Source of the DNA: Camelus dromedarius
Lineage: Eukaryota
DNA: 64,000 nt
Assembly: GCF_036321535.1 (NCBI RefSeq)
Contig: NC_087447.1
Coordinates: 39,000,001 to 39,064,000, forward strand
Direction of reading: 5' to 3'
Position numbers and translations under genes: made by a program. Numbering within the stretch: position 1 is the first letter of the stretch; every line of letters begins with the position of its first letter. This document shows positions 25,784-38,614 of the stretch, in pieces. A model generated the notes under the pieces. The model was not told where the DNA came from, searched no databases, and was given only the letters and a program-made list of their open reading frames with translations.

Positions 25784-26125
25784 CCCATCTTCTTTATCCA
25801 TTCATCTGTTGATGGATACTTAGATTGCTTTCACATCTTGACTATTGTGAGTAATGCTGCTATGAACATTAGGGTGCATGTACCTTCTTGAATTAATGTT
25901 TTCATTTTCTTTGGATAAATACCCAGGAGTGGAATTGCTAGGTCAGATGATAGTTCTATTTTTAGTGTTTTGAGAAACCTCCATATTGTTTCCCACAGTG
26001 ACTGAACCAATTTATGTTCCCACTAACAGTGTACTAGTGTTCCCTTTTCTCCACATCCTCACCAACATTTGTTATTTGTAGACTTTTTGATGATAGCTAT
26101 TCTGACAGGTGTGAGGTGATATCTC
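25307..26125 (-). mobile_element. 5'-truncated L1 with perfect 15-bp TSD; (TG)20 at 25741-25780
   Basis: ATTCCTTTGGCTAAA at 25292-25306 and 26126-26140; poly-T start and L1 3' motifs. Confidence 0.95.
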
Positions 26126-26157
26126 ATTCCTTTGGCTAAAATTTGAAGTAAGAACTC

Positions 26158-26595
26158 CGTATTTGTTTTCTATTTCTATTTAACAAGTTACCACAAACCT
26201 TGTGGTTTAAAGCGACACAAATTTATTCTCTTAGAATTCTGGAGGTCAGACATTTGAAATCAAGATAGCAGCAGGGCTGCATTCCTTCTGTAGGCTTCAG
26301 GAAAGAATGTATCCTTACTTTTTTAGGCCCTAGAGGCTGCCTTGCATTCCTTGCCTCATGGCTTACTCCTTGTAGCTCTCCAACCTCTTGCTTCCATCAC
26401 TGTCACATCTCCTAGTACTATTTACTCTGATCTCCTGCCTCCTCCTTATAAGGACCCTTGTGATTACTTCAGACTCACTCAGATAATACAGGATAATTTC
26501 TTCATTTCAAAATCCTTAGTCACATCTGCACAATTCCTTTTGCCATATTTGATAACATTCGGGGTTCTTGGGGGACCACTATTCAGCCTACCACA
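26158..26595 (-). mobile_element. MLT1 (MaLR) solo LTR
   Basis: ACCACAAACCTTGTGGTTTAAAG, CTTATAAGGACCCTTGTGATTAC, terminal ATTCAGCCTACCACA. Confidence 0.85.
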
Positions 26596-26926
26596 ATTTT
26601 TTTCTCACATTTTTTACAAAAATAAATTTCAGACCCATGTTTAAAAAAAACTATATCTTTCAAAGAATAAAAGGAAATTTAAGGGAATATATTTATAACC
26701 ATGGAGGTAGAAAGTTCTTAAAATGAATTTCAGCAATCTAAATCAGAGTGACATAAGTGAAAATTTTAAAGAAGGAGGGGAAATCCAAAGTTCTGTCCCT
26801 CCACAAAAGCAGTAAGCAAACTGGCAAAAAGCTGTCACAACCAACTTTATCAGAACCTCTAGAAACTAATAAAAAGTTGACAGTAACCAGGCAAATACTT
26901 AATCAAGAAAAGAACAGCTGAATCTT

Positions 26927-28368
26927 TTTTTTTAGTTAATTTTTAAAAATTTTATCTTTTATTGAAGTGTAGTTCATTTGCAATGTTAGTTTTGAAAGAG
27001 CAGAAAACTAACAAGATGGCTCTTGAGTTGTTCAGGCCTGTACTTTTAGCTAAACTGATCTTATGACTAACACACTCCCCTCCCTGTGCACTCTTATCGA
27101 ATAACTTATCCTTCTGTCCTAGATATCTTGAAAGAACATGATGAACTGAACCTCAAGAAAAGGGGCAAAGCCTCCTAAATTCCTCCATAACAACAGCAAG
27201 CTCTTATCAAGATGAAGAGAATGTAACATCCTGTAAAATGCCCTGATTGTGATCACCTTTTCGGTTCCATCCAGTTTTTCTATAAAACCTCAAGACCCCA
27301 ATCCCAAGATGGATTCACAGTTTCCAAGGCATTAGCCTACTGTGACTCCCCTTTGCTGGGCAAAGCAATAAAGCTGCTCTTTATTTTGCTCCCAAAACTC
27401 TGCCTCCAAGTTTGAATTCACTTTTTGGGGTGCAGAGGCTGATTTTTTGACAACAGTTTCAGGTGTACAGCAAAGCACTTCAGTTATACATATATATAAT
27501 ATATATATATTTTTTCAGATTCTTTTCCATTATAGCTTATACAAGAAATTGAATGTAGTTCCCTATGCTATACAATAGGTCCTTGTTTATCTATTTTATA
27601 TATAGTTATGTATGTCTGTTAATTCCAAACTCCAAATTTATTCCTCCTCCCTTTTTCCCTTTGGTAGCCATAGTTTGTTTTTGATGTCTGTGAGTCTATT
27701 TCTGGTTTGTAAATAAAATTTGTATCTTCTTTTTTTAGACTCCACATATAAGTGATAACATATGATATTTGTCTTTGTCTGACTTACTTCACTTAATGTG
27801 ATCATCTCTAGGTCCCATGTTGCTGCAAATGACATTATTTTATTCTTTTCATGGCTGAATAGTATTCCATTGTATAAAATGTACCACAGCTTCTTTATCT
27901 AGTTATCTGTCAGTAGACATTTAGGTTGCTTCCATGTCTTGACTATTGTTAAATAGTGCTGCTATAAACTTTGGGGTTCATGTTCTTAGAGTTTTCTCCA
28001 GATATATACCCAGGAGTGGGATTGCTGGATCATATGGTAACTCTGTTTTTAATTTTTTAAGGAACCTCCTTACTGTCCTTCATAGTAGCTGCATCAATTT
28101 ACATTCCCACCAACAGTATAGGAGAGATCCCTTTTCTCCACACCTTCTCCGGCACTTATCATTTGTGGACTTCTTAATGATGGCCATTCTGACTGATGTG
28201 AGTGGTACCTCATTGTAGTCTTGATTTGCATTTCTCTAATAATTAGAAATATTGAGCATCTTTTCATGTGCCTGTTGGCCATTTGTCTGTATTCTTTGGA
28301 AAAATGTCTATTTAGGTCTTCTACCCAGTTTTTGATTGGGTTTCTTATTATTTTGGATATTAAGCTGA
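26927..28368 (-). mobile_element. 5'-truncated L1 inserted in the 5' UTR of the old L1, perfect 14-bp TSD
   Basis: AACAGCTGAATCTT at 26913-26926 and 28369-28382. ORF 28094-28282(-) reads [27 protein letters not shown]. Confidence 0.95.
26993..27455 (+). mobile_element. ERV1-type solo LTR with 4-bp TSD
   Basis: TG...CA ends; GTTT on both flanks (26989-26992, 27456-27459); TATAAAA at 27281; AATAAA at 27367. Confidence 0.9.
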
Positions 28369-28701
28369 AACAGCTGAATCTTGATATGAAAGCTTTGTGA
28401 TATTTTAATTTTCACTCCTCATCCTCCATCCTCCACTCTCTGGTTCATTCAGCAGCAGCCTTTAAGATAACACTTTGCATTCTAGGCATATGTTCCAAGT
28501 ACTAGAGAGGGCAGAACAGACCTTATTCTCAAAGAATTGTGGTGATTTCTTTTAACTTGTCTGGTGGTTCCCTGAAGGACCAAATAAAAGGGCTTGTCTT
28601 CATTTCATCTAACTTGGGTCTCTCCCAATGCTAAGGCAGTTACCTGGAAGTATTTGTCAAAAACATTTAAAGGCAAATGTATTGTCTGTTGCTGCCTGAG
28701 G

Positions 28702-28704
<3 letters not shown>

Positions 28705-28752
<48 letters not shown>
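28705..28752. repeat. (CAA)16 microsatellite
   Basis: Perfect trinucleotide run. Confidence 0.98.
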
Positions 28753-28754
<2 letters not shown>

Positions 28755-29981
28755 CAGTTGGAACAAGCAATGGAAAAATAGAAAAGTTTGGGAAGATATC
28801 CTGGGAAATGAGTTTGGGGAATAAGGCCTTTGAGAAGTTTCCACATCTTCCTGAGACTCTAGAAGGCTGGCGCATGCCCAGGGCTGGTGTATGTTCAGAA
28901 AGACCACCCGAGAAGACCCTGAACTCTCACCTCTAGCTGGCCTTCAGTCTCTGCTCAAGTGGGGAGTGAAGGCTAAGGCAGAGTTGTTACCATCTGAGTG
29001 TTGAATGTGTATCATAACATGCACATGGAGGTCCTTAACAAACTGGGAGGTTTTCTGTAGTTGTTGTTCCAGGGATTAAAGGAAATTCTCTGTCAAATTA
29101 TTAGCTGACCACTAATAATTGAACAGAGACTTCAATGGCCCCACAGGACAAAAAAAGAGTTTACCAAATTAATTCAGAAAACTCAATAAACAAACAAACA
29201 AACAACAACTACAACAAACAGGCTCACTAAACCTTGGGGAGGGAAGAATATGATTTCTGGAGATGCCACATTATAATATTCAAAAGGTACTTTGTACAAA
29301 GAAGTAAAGGATACTGAGAAAACAAAATCTCATCAAATAGAGGATATCAATAAAGAAATAGAAATTATTTTAAAATGAACCAAATAAAATTCTAGAGTTG
29401 AAAAGTATATAACTGACATTAAAAATTCACTTGAGGGGTTCAACAGCAGATTTAAGAATGCAGAAGAAAGAATCAGTGAGCTTGTAGATAGGTCAATTGA
29501 GATTTCCCAATCTGAGGAGCACAAAGAAAAATGAATGAAGAAAAATGAGTTTCAGAGACCTGTGAGACACTATTAAGCATATCAACATATATGTAATGGG
29601 AATCCCATGAGACAAGACATGGCAGAAAAAATATTTGAAGAAATAATGGCTGAAAACCTCCTAGATTTGATGAAAGATGTGAATCTTCATATTCAGAAAG
29701 CTCAGTGAACTTCAAATAGGACAAAAATTGAAGAAATACACACCATGACACATTAGAATCAAATTATCAAAAATCAAAGTCAAGGAGAATCATCAAAGCA
29801 GCAAGAGAGAAATGACTTGTCAAGTACAAGGGATCATAAGTAAGATTAACAGTTGATTTCTTAACTGAAACCATGGAGGCCAAAGGGTGTGAGATGCCAT
29901 ATTCAAATGCTAAAAGAACAAAACTGTCAACCAAGATTTATATATCCAGCAAAATGATCTTGCAACAATGAAAGAGATATA

Positions 29982-30460
29982 CTTATTGCAGCATTATTCA
30001 CAATAGCCAGGATGTGGAAGCAACCTAAATGTCCATCATTGGATAAAAGGATAAAGAAAATATTGTACATACATACAATAGAATATTGCTCAGTCTTTTA
30101 AAAGAAGAAAAATTTGCCATAAACTACAGCAAGGATAAACCTTGAAGACAGTATGCTAAGAAAAATAAGCCAATCATACACACAAAAAATACTCTTCAGT
30201 CAATTTATATGAGATATCTAAAGTAATCAAACTCATAGAAACAGAAATAATAGTGGTTGTCAGGGGCTGGAGTGAGAGGAAATTAGAGTTGTTGTTCAGT
30301 GGGTACGGAGTTTCAGTGATGCAAGATGAAAACATTCTAGAGAACTGTTGTACAACTATATGCATATAGTTGTCAATACTGTAACATACCCTTAAAAGTT
30401 GTTAAAATGGTAAATTTATGTTGTGTTTTATACCACACACACACAAAATCTAACAAAAAA
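29982..30460 (+). mobile_element. L1MA-type 3' end inserted in ORF1 of the old L1
   Basis: TTATTGCAGCATTATTCACAATAGCC...TGTGTTTTATACCAC interrupts ORF1-like sequence, which resumes at AAGACTTCCCATAAAGATAAAAACTGAGA. Confidence 0.8.
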
Positions 30461-33400
30461 GGGAAGAAACCAAGACTTCCCATAAAGATAAAAACTGAGA
30501 AAATTGTTTCTAGTAAACCTTCCTCTACAGGAGATGATAAAAGGAGTCCTTTAATCTGAAATAAAAGGACACCAGACAGTAAACCCCAATTCAGATGAAG
30601 AAATAAAGAACACTTATAAAGGTAACCACACAGCTAAATAGAACTATCTTGTTATAAATTAAGATGTCAACTGTAATTCCATGGGCAACCATTAAGAAAA
30701 TAATTAGAGAATATATAGTAAAGGAATTAAAAAGAAAAAAATGACATACTAGAAAACTATTATTTAAGTAAAAACTATTTAGCACAAAAGAAGGCAGTAA
30801 TGGAGTAACTAAGGAATAAAACATATAAGACATATGGAAAACAAATACACAAATCACAAAAGTAAATCCTTCTCTATCAGTTATTACATTAAATATAAAT
30901 GTATTAAACTCTCAAATTTAAAGCAGAAATTGGCAGAATGGATAGAAACTTTATCCAACTATATGCTGTCTATAAGAAACTCATTTTATATCCAAGGCAC
31001 AAATAGACTGAGAATGAAGGAATGGAAAAAGAGATTTCAGTACCAACAGATAGCAAACAGTAAGCAAAAGAGAACTTGAGCGGCTATTCTAATATCAGAC
31101 AAAATACACTTCAAGACAAAAATTGTTACACAAGATAAAGAAGGACATTACATAATAATAAAATAGTAAATTCATCCAGAAGATAAAACAATTGCAAGCA
31201 TACATAAAACTAACACCAGAGTTCTAAAATGTATTAAACAAAAACTGACAGAGTTGAAGGGAGAAATAGACAATTCAACAAAAATAATTGGAAACTTCCA
31301 CACCTCATTTTCAATAATCAATAGAACAACTAGACAAAAAAAATAAACAAGGAAATATAAGACTTGAATGGCACTATAAATCAACCAGACCTAACCGACA
31401 TATATAGAATACTTCAGCCCCAAAACAGCTGAACTAACATTATTCACAAGTGCATAGAGAACATTCTTCAGCACAGAACATGCTAGGCCATGAAATAAAT
31501 CTCAATAAAGTTTAAAATATTGAAATGATATAACATCTGGCAACAATGGTATAAAATTAGAAATGAATAAAGAAGAAAATCTGAAAGATTCACAAATATG
31601 TTGAAATTAAACCACACAGTCTTAAACAACCAGTGGGTCAGAGAAGAAATCAAAAGGGAAACTAGAAAATACTTTGATATGAATGAAAACAAAAACACAA
31701 CATACCAAAACTTATGGGATGGAGCAGCAGCAGTGCTCAGAGGGAAATTTATAGTTGTAAACATCTACATTAAAAAAAGAAGCCAAAATTGTGTATAAAC
31801 AATATTTTACAGTAATATAAATGGAGTTAAAAAAAAAAAAAGAAGAAAGATCTCAAATCCACAACCCAACATTGTACCTTAAGGAATTAGAGAAAGAAGA
31901 GCAAACTAAACCCAAAGCAACTAAAAGAAAGGGAACTATAAAGATTAAAGCAGAGATAAACAAAATAGAAAACAGAAAAACAATAGAAAGACTCAGTGAA
32001 ACCAAAAGTTGATCCTTTGAAAAAATCAACAACATTGACAAATTTTTGGCTAGAATGACCAAGCAAAAAAAAGAGAGATTTGAGATTCTTGATCTCAGAT
32101 TAATGAGATGAAGAATGAAAATAGGGACATTATTTTCAATCTTAAATAAATAGGTTTATAAGAGAAGGCTATGAAAATTGTACACAACAAATTAGATAAC
32201 CTGGATGAAATAGACAAATACCTAGAAACACACAAACTACTAAAACTGACTAAAGAGTATATAGAAAATTTGAATAGACCTGTAGCAAGTATAAAGATTG
32301 ATTCACTTATCTAAAAACTTCCAACTAATAAGAGCTCAGGACTTTCATTCACTGTTGAATTTTATCAAAAATTTGAAGAATTAACATCAATTCTTCTCAG
32401 ATGCCTTCAAAAAATAGAATAGAAGATAACACTGTCTAACTCCTTGTGTGAGGCCAGTATTCCTTTGATAGCAAAGCAAGACAAAGAAATCACAATAAAA
32501 GCAAATACAGACCACTGTCCTTAATGAATATAGGTGTAAAATTTCTCAGCAGAAGACTAGCAAGTGAAATCCAGGAGCGTATTAAAAGGATTATATACCA
32601 TGACTAAGTAAGATTTATTAGGGGAATGTAAGGGTAGTTCAATATGAAAATCAGTCTGTGTAATGCACCATATTATGAAAATGAAGGGGGTAAGTCACAT
32701 GATCACCTCAGTAGATACAAAAAAAGCATTTGACAAATTCCAACACACTTTCAAGGGGGAAAAAACAACTCTACAAACCAGGAAGAGAAGGAATCTTCCC
32801 CAACCTGATAAAGGGCATTAATGAAAAACTCACAGCTAACATCATACTTAAAGGCTTCTCCCTAAAATCAGGAACAGGGCAAGGATATTTGCTTTCATCA
32901 CTTCTAATCAATATTGTATTGTAAGTTCTAGTCAGGGCAGTTAGACAAGAAAAAGAAATAAAAGTCATCCAAATTGGAAAAGAAGTAAAGTAAAGCTATT
33001 TCTATTCACAAATAACATAATTTTAAATATAGAAAGCCCTAAAGAATCTATTTAAAGACTAATAGAGCTAATAAATGAATTCAGTAAAGTTGTAGGATAC
33101 AAGAACATATACAAAAATGTTATGTTTCTGTACTCTAGCAATGAAGAATCTGAAAATGAAATTAAGAAAACAATTCTATTTACAATATCATCAAAAATAA
33201 TAAAATACTTAGAAATAAATTTAACTAAGGTGCAAGACTTATAAACTGAAAACTGTAAAACACTGCTGAAAGAAATTAAAGAAAACTTGAATAAAGAGAA
33301 AGACATTCTGTGTTCTTTGATTGGAAGACAATATTGTTAAGATGGTAATATTTCCCAAATTTACAGATTCAATGCAATTTCTATCAAAATTTCAATACCT

Positions 33401-34060
33401 ACTTTTCAGAAATGGACAAGCTGATCCTAAAACTCATATAGAATAGTATGGGACCCAGAATAGCCAAAACAATCTTGAAAAAGAACAAAGTTGGAGGACT
33501 CACAATTCTAAACTTCAAAACTTACTACAAAGCCATAGTGATTGAAACAGCATGGTATTGGTATAAGGATAGACATGACACATAGGTCGATGACATAGAA
33601 CTGAAGGTCTGGAATAAAAACCTCACATTTATGGTCAACTGATATTCAACAGAGGTGCCAACACTATTCAGTGGGACTAGAACAGTCTTTTCAAGAGATA
33701 GTGCTGGGACAACTGGATATCCATCTGCATTGGAATGAAGTTGGACCCTTCACACCATACACAAAAATCAACTCTACATGGATCGAATTCTAAATGTAAG
33801 AGGTAATATAAAACTCTCAGAGGAAAACATAGGTGCAAATTCCATTTCTTGGATATGGCAGTGAAATCTTAGCTATGACATGAAAAACAAAAGCAAAACA
33901 TATATAAGAAATAGAAAAGAAAAAATAGATCTTAGACTTTATTAAAATAAAAATCTCTTGTGCATTGTAGGACACTATCAAGAAAGTTGAAAGACAACCC
34001 ACAGAATGGGAGAAAACATTTACCACTCAAATATCTAATAAGGATCTACTATTCAGAATA

Positions 34061-34135
34061 TATATACATGACTGAGACATTGTGCTATACACCAGAAATT
34101 GACACATTGTAACTGACAGTACTTCAATTAAAAAA
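34061..34135 (+). mobile_element. About 75-bp 3' tip of a young L1
   Basis: CATGACTGAGACATTGTGCTATACACCAGAAATTGACACATTGTAACTGAC plus A tail, flanked by AGAATA(T/G)ATA; same family as 46630-46895. Confidence 0.8.
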
Positions 34136-35040
34136 GAATAGATATAGATATAGATATAGACATAGATATAGATACTCTTACAACTCATCAACAAAAAGAC
34201 AAACAGTCCAGTTAAAAAAAAATAAGAAGAGGATTTGAATGGACATTTCTCCAAAAAAGATATAAAAATGGCTGATACACATGAAAATGTGTCTGACAGC
34301 ATTAATCATTAGAAAAATGCAATTTGAAACCAAAATGAGCTATCACTGCACATCCACTAGGATGGGTATAATTTAAAAATAGGAAAATAAGATGTACTGG
34401 CAAGAAAGTGGAGGAACTATAACCCTCATAAGTTGCTGGTGGGAATGTAAAATGGTGTGGCTATTTTGGAAAGTAGTTTAACAGTTCTTCAAAATGTTAA
34501 AACACAGGGTTACCATAAGACTCATCAATTCTATTACTAAGTATATATTACAAAAGAATTGAAAAAAGATGGTCAGACAAAAACTTGTACAGGAATGTTC
34601 ATAGCAGCATTACTGATAATAGCCAAAAAATGAAAACAGCCCAAAATGCCCATGACTGATTAATGAATAAATAAAATGTGGTATATCCATATAATGGGGT
34701 ATTGTTTGACAATAAAAAGAAATGAAGTACTGATACATACTACAACACAGATGACTCTCAAAAAATTCTAAGTGAAAACAGCCAGACACAAAAGACCACA
34801 TATTACATGATTCCATTTGTATGAAATATTCAGCATAAGGGACATAGAGACCATAGAGATATAAAGCTGATCAGTAATTGCCAGGGGCTTGGTGGGGGAG
34901 AGGGATGTGGCATGAATGTCTAATACTTACAGGGTTTCTTTTTCAGGTGATGATGTTCTGGAATTAGATAACGGTATGGTTGCACAACATTGTGAATGTA
35001 CTAAATCACCAAATTGCATACTTTAAAATGGTTAAGATGG

Positions 35041-35170
35041 AGTGGAGTGGGTATAGCTCAGTGGTAGAGTGCATGCTTAGCATACAGAAGGTCCTGGGTT
35101 CAATCCCCAGTACCTCTTCTAAAACTAAAAAAAGTTAATTACCTCTCCCCGCCTCAAAATAAAATAATAT
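35041..35170 (+). mobile_element. tRNA-Ala-derived SINE
   Basis: GTATAGCTCAGTGGTAGAGTGCATGCTTAGCAT...GGTTCAATCCCCAGTACCTC; TSD TGGTTAAGATGG/TGGTTGAAATGG. Confidence 0.92.
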
Positions 35171-35229
35171 ATTGGTTGAAATGGTAAATTTTCTGTTACA
35201 TGAATTTCATCTCAGTTGAAAAGAACAAA

Positions 35230-36050
35230 AGTCATAAGACTTCATCAACATATAAAATTTCTTTTCACCTAAAAGACATTAGTGGTAAGAAAATGACCAC
35301 CTGTATAAAGCATAAATGATATAAACAGACAACTTACAAAAGAAATATAAATGGCTGTAAGAGATGACAAGACACAGAACCTTACTAGAAAACAGAAAAA
35401 AAAATTATAACAATGAGGTAGCATTTGACTTGGTAGATTTGCAAAATTGAAAGAGTTTGAAAATATCAAAGGTGGCTATGCATTGAAAAAAGAGATCATC
35501 TCATACACTGCTAATAGTAGTTTAAATTGCAATAGTTTTGGAGGGCAGTTTGGCAATAAAGTATTAAAATATTAAACATACCCAGCCTGTGACCCAGCAA
35601 TTCTGCTTCTCCATATCTATCACAAAGTAATAGCAGTACAGGTGCATAAGGAAGCATGAACAAGGATATTCACTGCAGCACTGTTGGTAAATGCAAAAAT
35701 AAGAAACAAGCCAACAAGTGTGGAGAAATAAATTGTGGTAAAGAGAGACCACAAAATATTATGTAATCGTTAAAACAAATAATATGGAAAGATTCCTGAG
35801 ATATAATGTTGAACAGGAAAAAGCAAATAACATTATTTATGTAAAATATAAACCAAATGACAGAATACCTTTGTTTCCTTTGGGTATGTATGTGTGTATG
35901 TATATAAATGCAGAGACAAAATTTTAGAAGATCAAAAACCAAAGTGACATCAGTGGTTACCTATGATGAAAGGGATAGATGGATCCAGATTGCTGAAGGT
36001 AACTGAAGGGGATTTTAGCCTTATCTAAAATATTTCTTACACAGAGAGAT
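35230..36050 (+). mobile_element. Very old L1ME-type 3' fragment
   Basis: TCTCATACACTGCT, TTTGGAGGGCAGTTTGGCAAT, TGACCCAGCAATTC. Confidence 0.65.
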
Positions 36051-36589
36051 GATAATAAGAAGACCAAAAAAAGTAGATTCAAAAAATCCAAGGTTTAAAT
36101 AGTGAATATATTTTAACTCCAAATAAATAAATTTTGGACTGCTCAATGTGGAAGTTGAAAGAAAGAGTTGATTTATATTTTTCTCTCCCTAAGGGTAAAG
36201 GGGAATAGTAGTGGACAGGGAAAATATATTAGACTAATTTCTAATTTTACTCTGTCAAAATGAAGGCCAGGTGAGTATCAGGTAATGGTTTTTAAATGCA
36301 TTGAATCAATTATTTAGTCATATAAAAAACTCATTAGAAAAGCTTTTTAAAACATCTAAAACCTTAGAATTTATCAGTAAGGAAGTCTATCTCCAAATTA
36401 TCTCTCAAGAAACACTTGAATTGGATCCTCAAGATCTCTAGATAAAATAGACATGAACACTAAGGAAAGCTTGTTGTTGCTGCATATAATTATTCAGCAC
36501 AATAACTATGTGGAAAAAGAAAACAAATTAAAAAGCAAAAAGAGAAATGGCCCAAAAGGGAAGGGGTGGTATTTTAGAATACCAATTGT

Positions 36590-37890
36590 GACAGAATGTA
36601 AAAAGCCCAGAATCTGGAGACAGTAATCTAGGCTAATACCAACTCTGCCACTTTCTCATGTGACCTTAAGCAAACCACTTAACTGATTTGCAAAGTAAGA
36701 ATAAGAATATCTACCTTGCTTACCTCACTGGGTTGCTGAGAAAGGCACTGTAAAAGGAAAAATACTAACAAGATCAAAAGAGTTAGAAAGTTGATCTTTC
36801 AGATCAACTCAATAATGTAAAATCCTCTGGGGGTGAAGAGCTGCCAAAAGACTTGGGACAGAGTGTCCAGAGAGGCTCATTTTAAAGCAAGCCCAGCTTT
36901 ATTCTTTATCCTCTGCATAGTAATACACACCAGCCTCTGATTATGCCCATGTTTCCCCCTCATCATTTCAGGAAAATTGCTCTTGAATCAACACTAAATT
37001 ATTTCTATCATTTCTATCTCACAGGTTCATTGACTTGATTAAAATATGCATCAGTCTCTCCCTCTGACTCAAACCATGTGTTTTTGAAAATTATGCAATC
37101 AAGTGAGGCAGTATCAGAGAATAATTAAGATAAGAGGCTCTTGGGTCAGATTGCTTTGGCTTAAAGCTGTGCTCCACACCTTAACAAATATGTAGGCTTG
37201 GTAAATGGATAGGCATGCCTCAATCAAGTGGGTTAAGAAAAGTATCCAACATGTAAAATTGTTATGCAGTGAAATGACAAAACAAATGAAAATTTCTTAG
37301 AACAGTGTCTAACACACATTCAGCACTCAATGTTAGCTCTTTGTTAACAGTCCCTTTGTCTTCCTGGGTCTGTCTTTTGTGGAACCTAAATGAGTCCTTT
37401 CTGAATCTTGATTGAGGAAATTCCTCATCTCAAAGGGATGGAAATATTATCAGGGCTTTCATTTTGCTGAAAGAAAAATGAGAAAACTCAGACTCCCCAC
37501 CCTCACTACAAGGAGGTCCGATTTTTCCACTTCTGTAAGTTCATATATTTTCTATTCTTAGACATCACCACCCACCCCTACGCTGAAAGTAATTTGAAAC
37601 CTAAATAAAATACTTATTTCACCAGCATAGCTACAATCCCAGAGCTGATCACTGCTGATCATATCTCAGCTGTAATTCCGTATTTCCATGGAACTGATGA
37701 CAAAGGACCATGATGATAGCCAGCATTTATTAAACACAATTATGTACAGAGTCTGCTAGTACTAGGCACAGTTCTGTGTTTTACATATAATTCATGTTAC
37801 CATAGAAACAATCCTATGAGGACACTGAGGTTAAATAATGTGTCCGAGATCACCCTGCTACTAAATGGTGGAGCCTAGACTGCTATACCC
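36590..37890. mobile_element. Three MIR remnants (about 36590-36760 +, 37100-37340 +, 37720-37890 -)
   Basis: TGTGACCTTAAGCAAACCACTTAAC; CTTAGAACAGTGTCTAACAC; ACAATCCTATGAGGACACTGAGGTTAAATAA. Confidence 0.65.
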
Positions 37891-38128
37891 CTATTCCCTG
37901 CAAAATCTTAGTTCCCTTTGCGATGATGTGGAGTATTTTACAAATCAAATAAAAATCAGAAATCACAGAAAGTATCAAGTCCTCTAACTAGAGCACTCCA
38001 TTGCTAATGGGAGTGTAAACTGGCATAACTAATTTGGAAAACTACTTGACATTGTATACTGAAGTTGAATATGATGCATTCCCTATGGCCCAGCAAATCC
38101 ATTCAGTTTCTAGGTATGATCCTTAAAG

Positions 38129-38374
38129 CAGTAGTTCTCAAATTTTTTTTTTGGTTTGAAGACCATTTATAATCTTAAAAATTATTAAGAATCCCAAAGA
38201 GCTTTTGTTTAAGACAGTTATAGCTATCAATATTTCCCATATTATAAATTATAACTGAGATATTTTTGGAATCTTTTCTTTTAATTCACTTAAAAATAAC
38301 AATAATAATGAGCATATTACATGTTAGCAGAAATAACATTTTTGTGGACAACAGCTGTATTTTCCAATACAAAG
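38129..38374. mobile_element. Charlie1-like hAT terminal fragment
   Basis: CAGTAGTTCTCAAA...TCTTAAAAATTATTAAGAATCCCAAAGAGCTTTTGTTTA. Confidence 0.7.
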
Positions 38375-38376
38375 CA

Positions 38377-38597
38377 CAGTTGACCCTGGAAAGACATGGA
38401 TTTGAGCTGCAGAGGTCTACTTATATGTAGATTTTTGTTTTCAATAAATATGCATTGCAGTACTACATGATATATGGTTAGTTGAATCACAGATGTAGAA
38501 CCACAGAAAAGAGGGCCGACTTGTAAACTTATATGTGGATATTCCACCTCAAGGAGGGTCATCACCCCTAGCCCCCAGATTGTTCAAGGGTCAACTG
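38377..38597 (+). mobile_element. Tigger2a-like TcMar MITE
   Basis: TIRs CAGTTGACCCTGGAA / TTCAAGGGTCAACTG, followed by TA. Confidence 0.9.
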
Positions 38598-38614
38598 TAG
38601 TGAGATGAGTGATC

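Larger units (their letters stand above)
26740..35222 (+). mobile_element. Near full-length, inactive old L1M (5' UTR, ORF1 about 29.3-30.6 kb, ORF2 about 30.9-34.7 kb, 3' UTR) with nested insertions
   Basis: Collinear broken L1 peptides, e.g. LNHTVLNNQWVREEIKRETRKYFDMNENKNTTYQNLWD, LKELEKEEQTKPK, NLIKGINEKLTANIIL. Many stops and frameshifts. Confidence 0.9.

Noticed and set aside
28594..28907. PolyQ, polyC or polyL protein ORFs
   Set aside because: These are translations of a (CAA)16 microsatellite inside an L1 5' region.
29300..34700. Active L1 ORF1/ORF2
   Set aside because: Numerous stops, frameshifts and nested insertions; no long ORF in the track.
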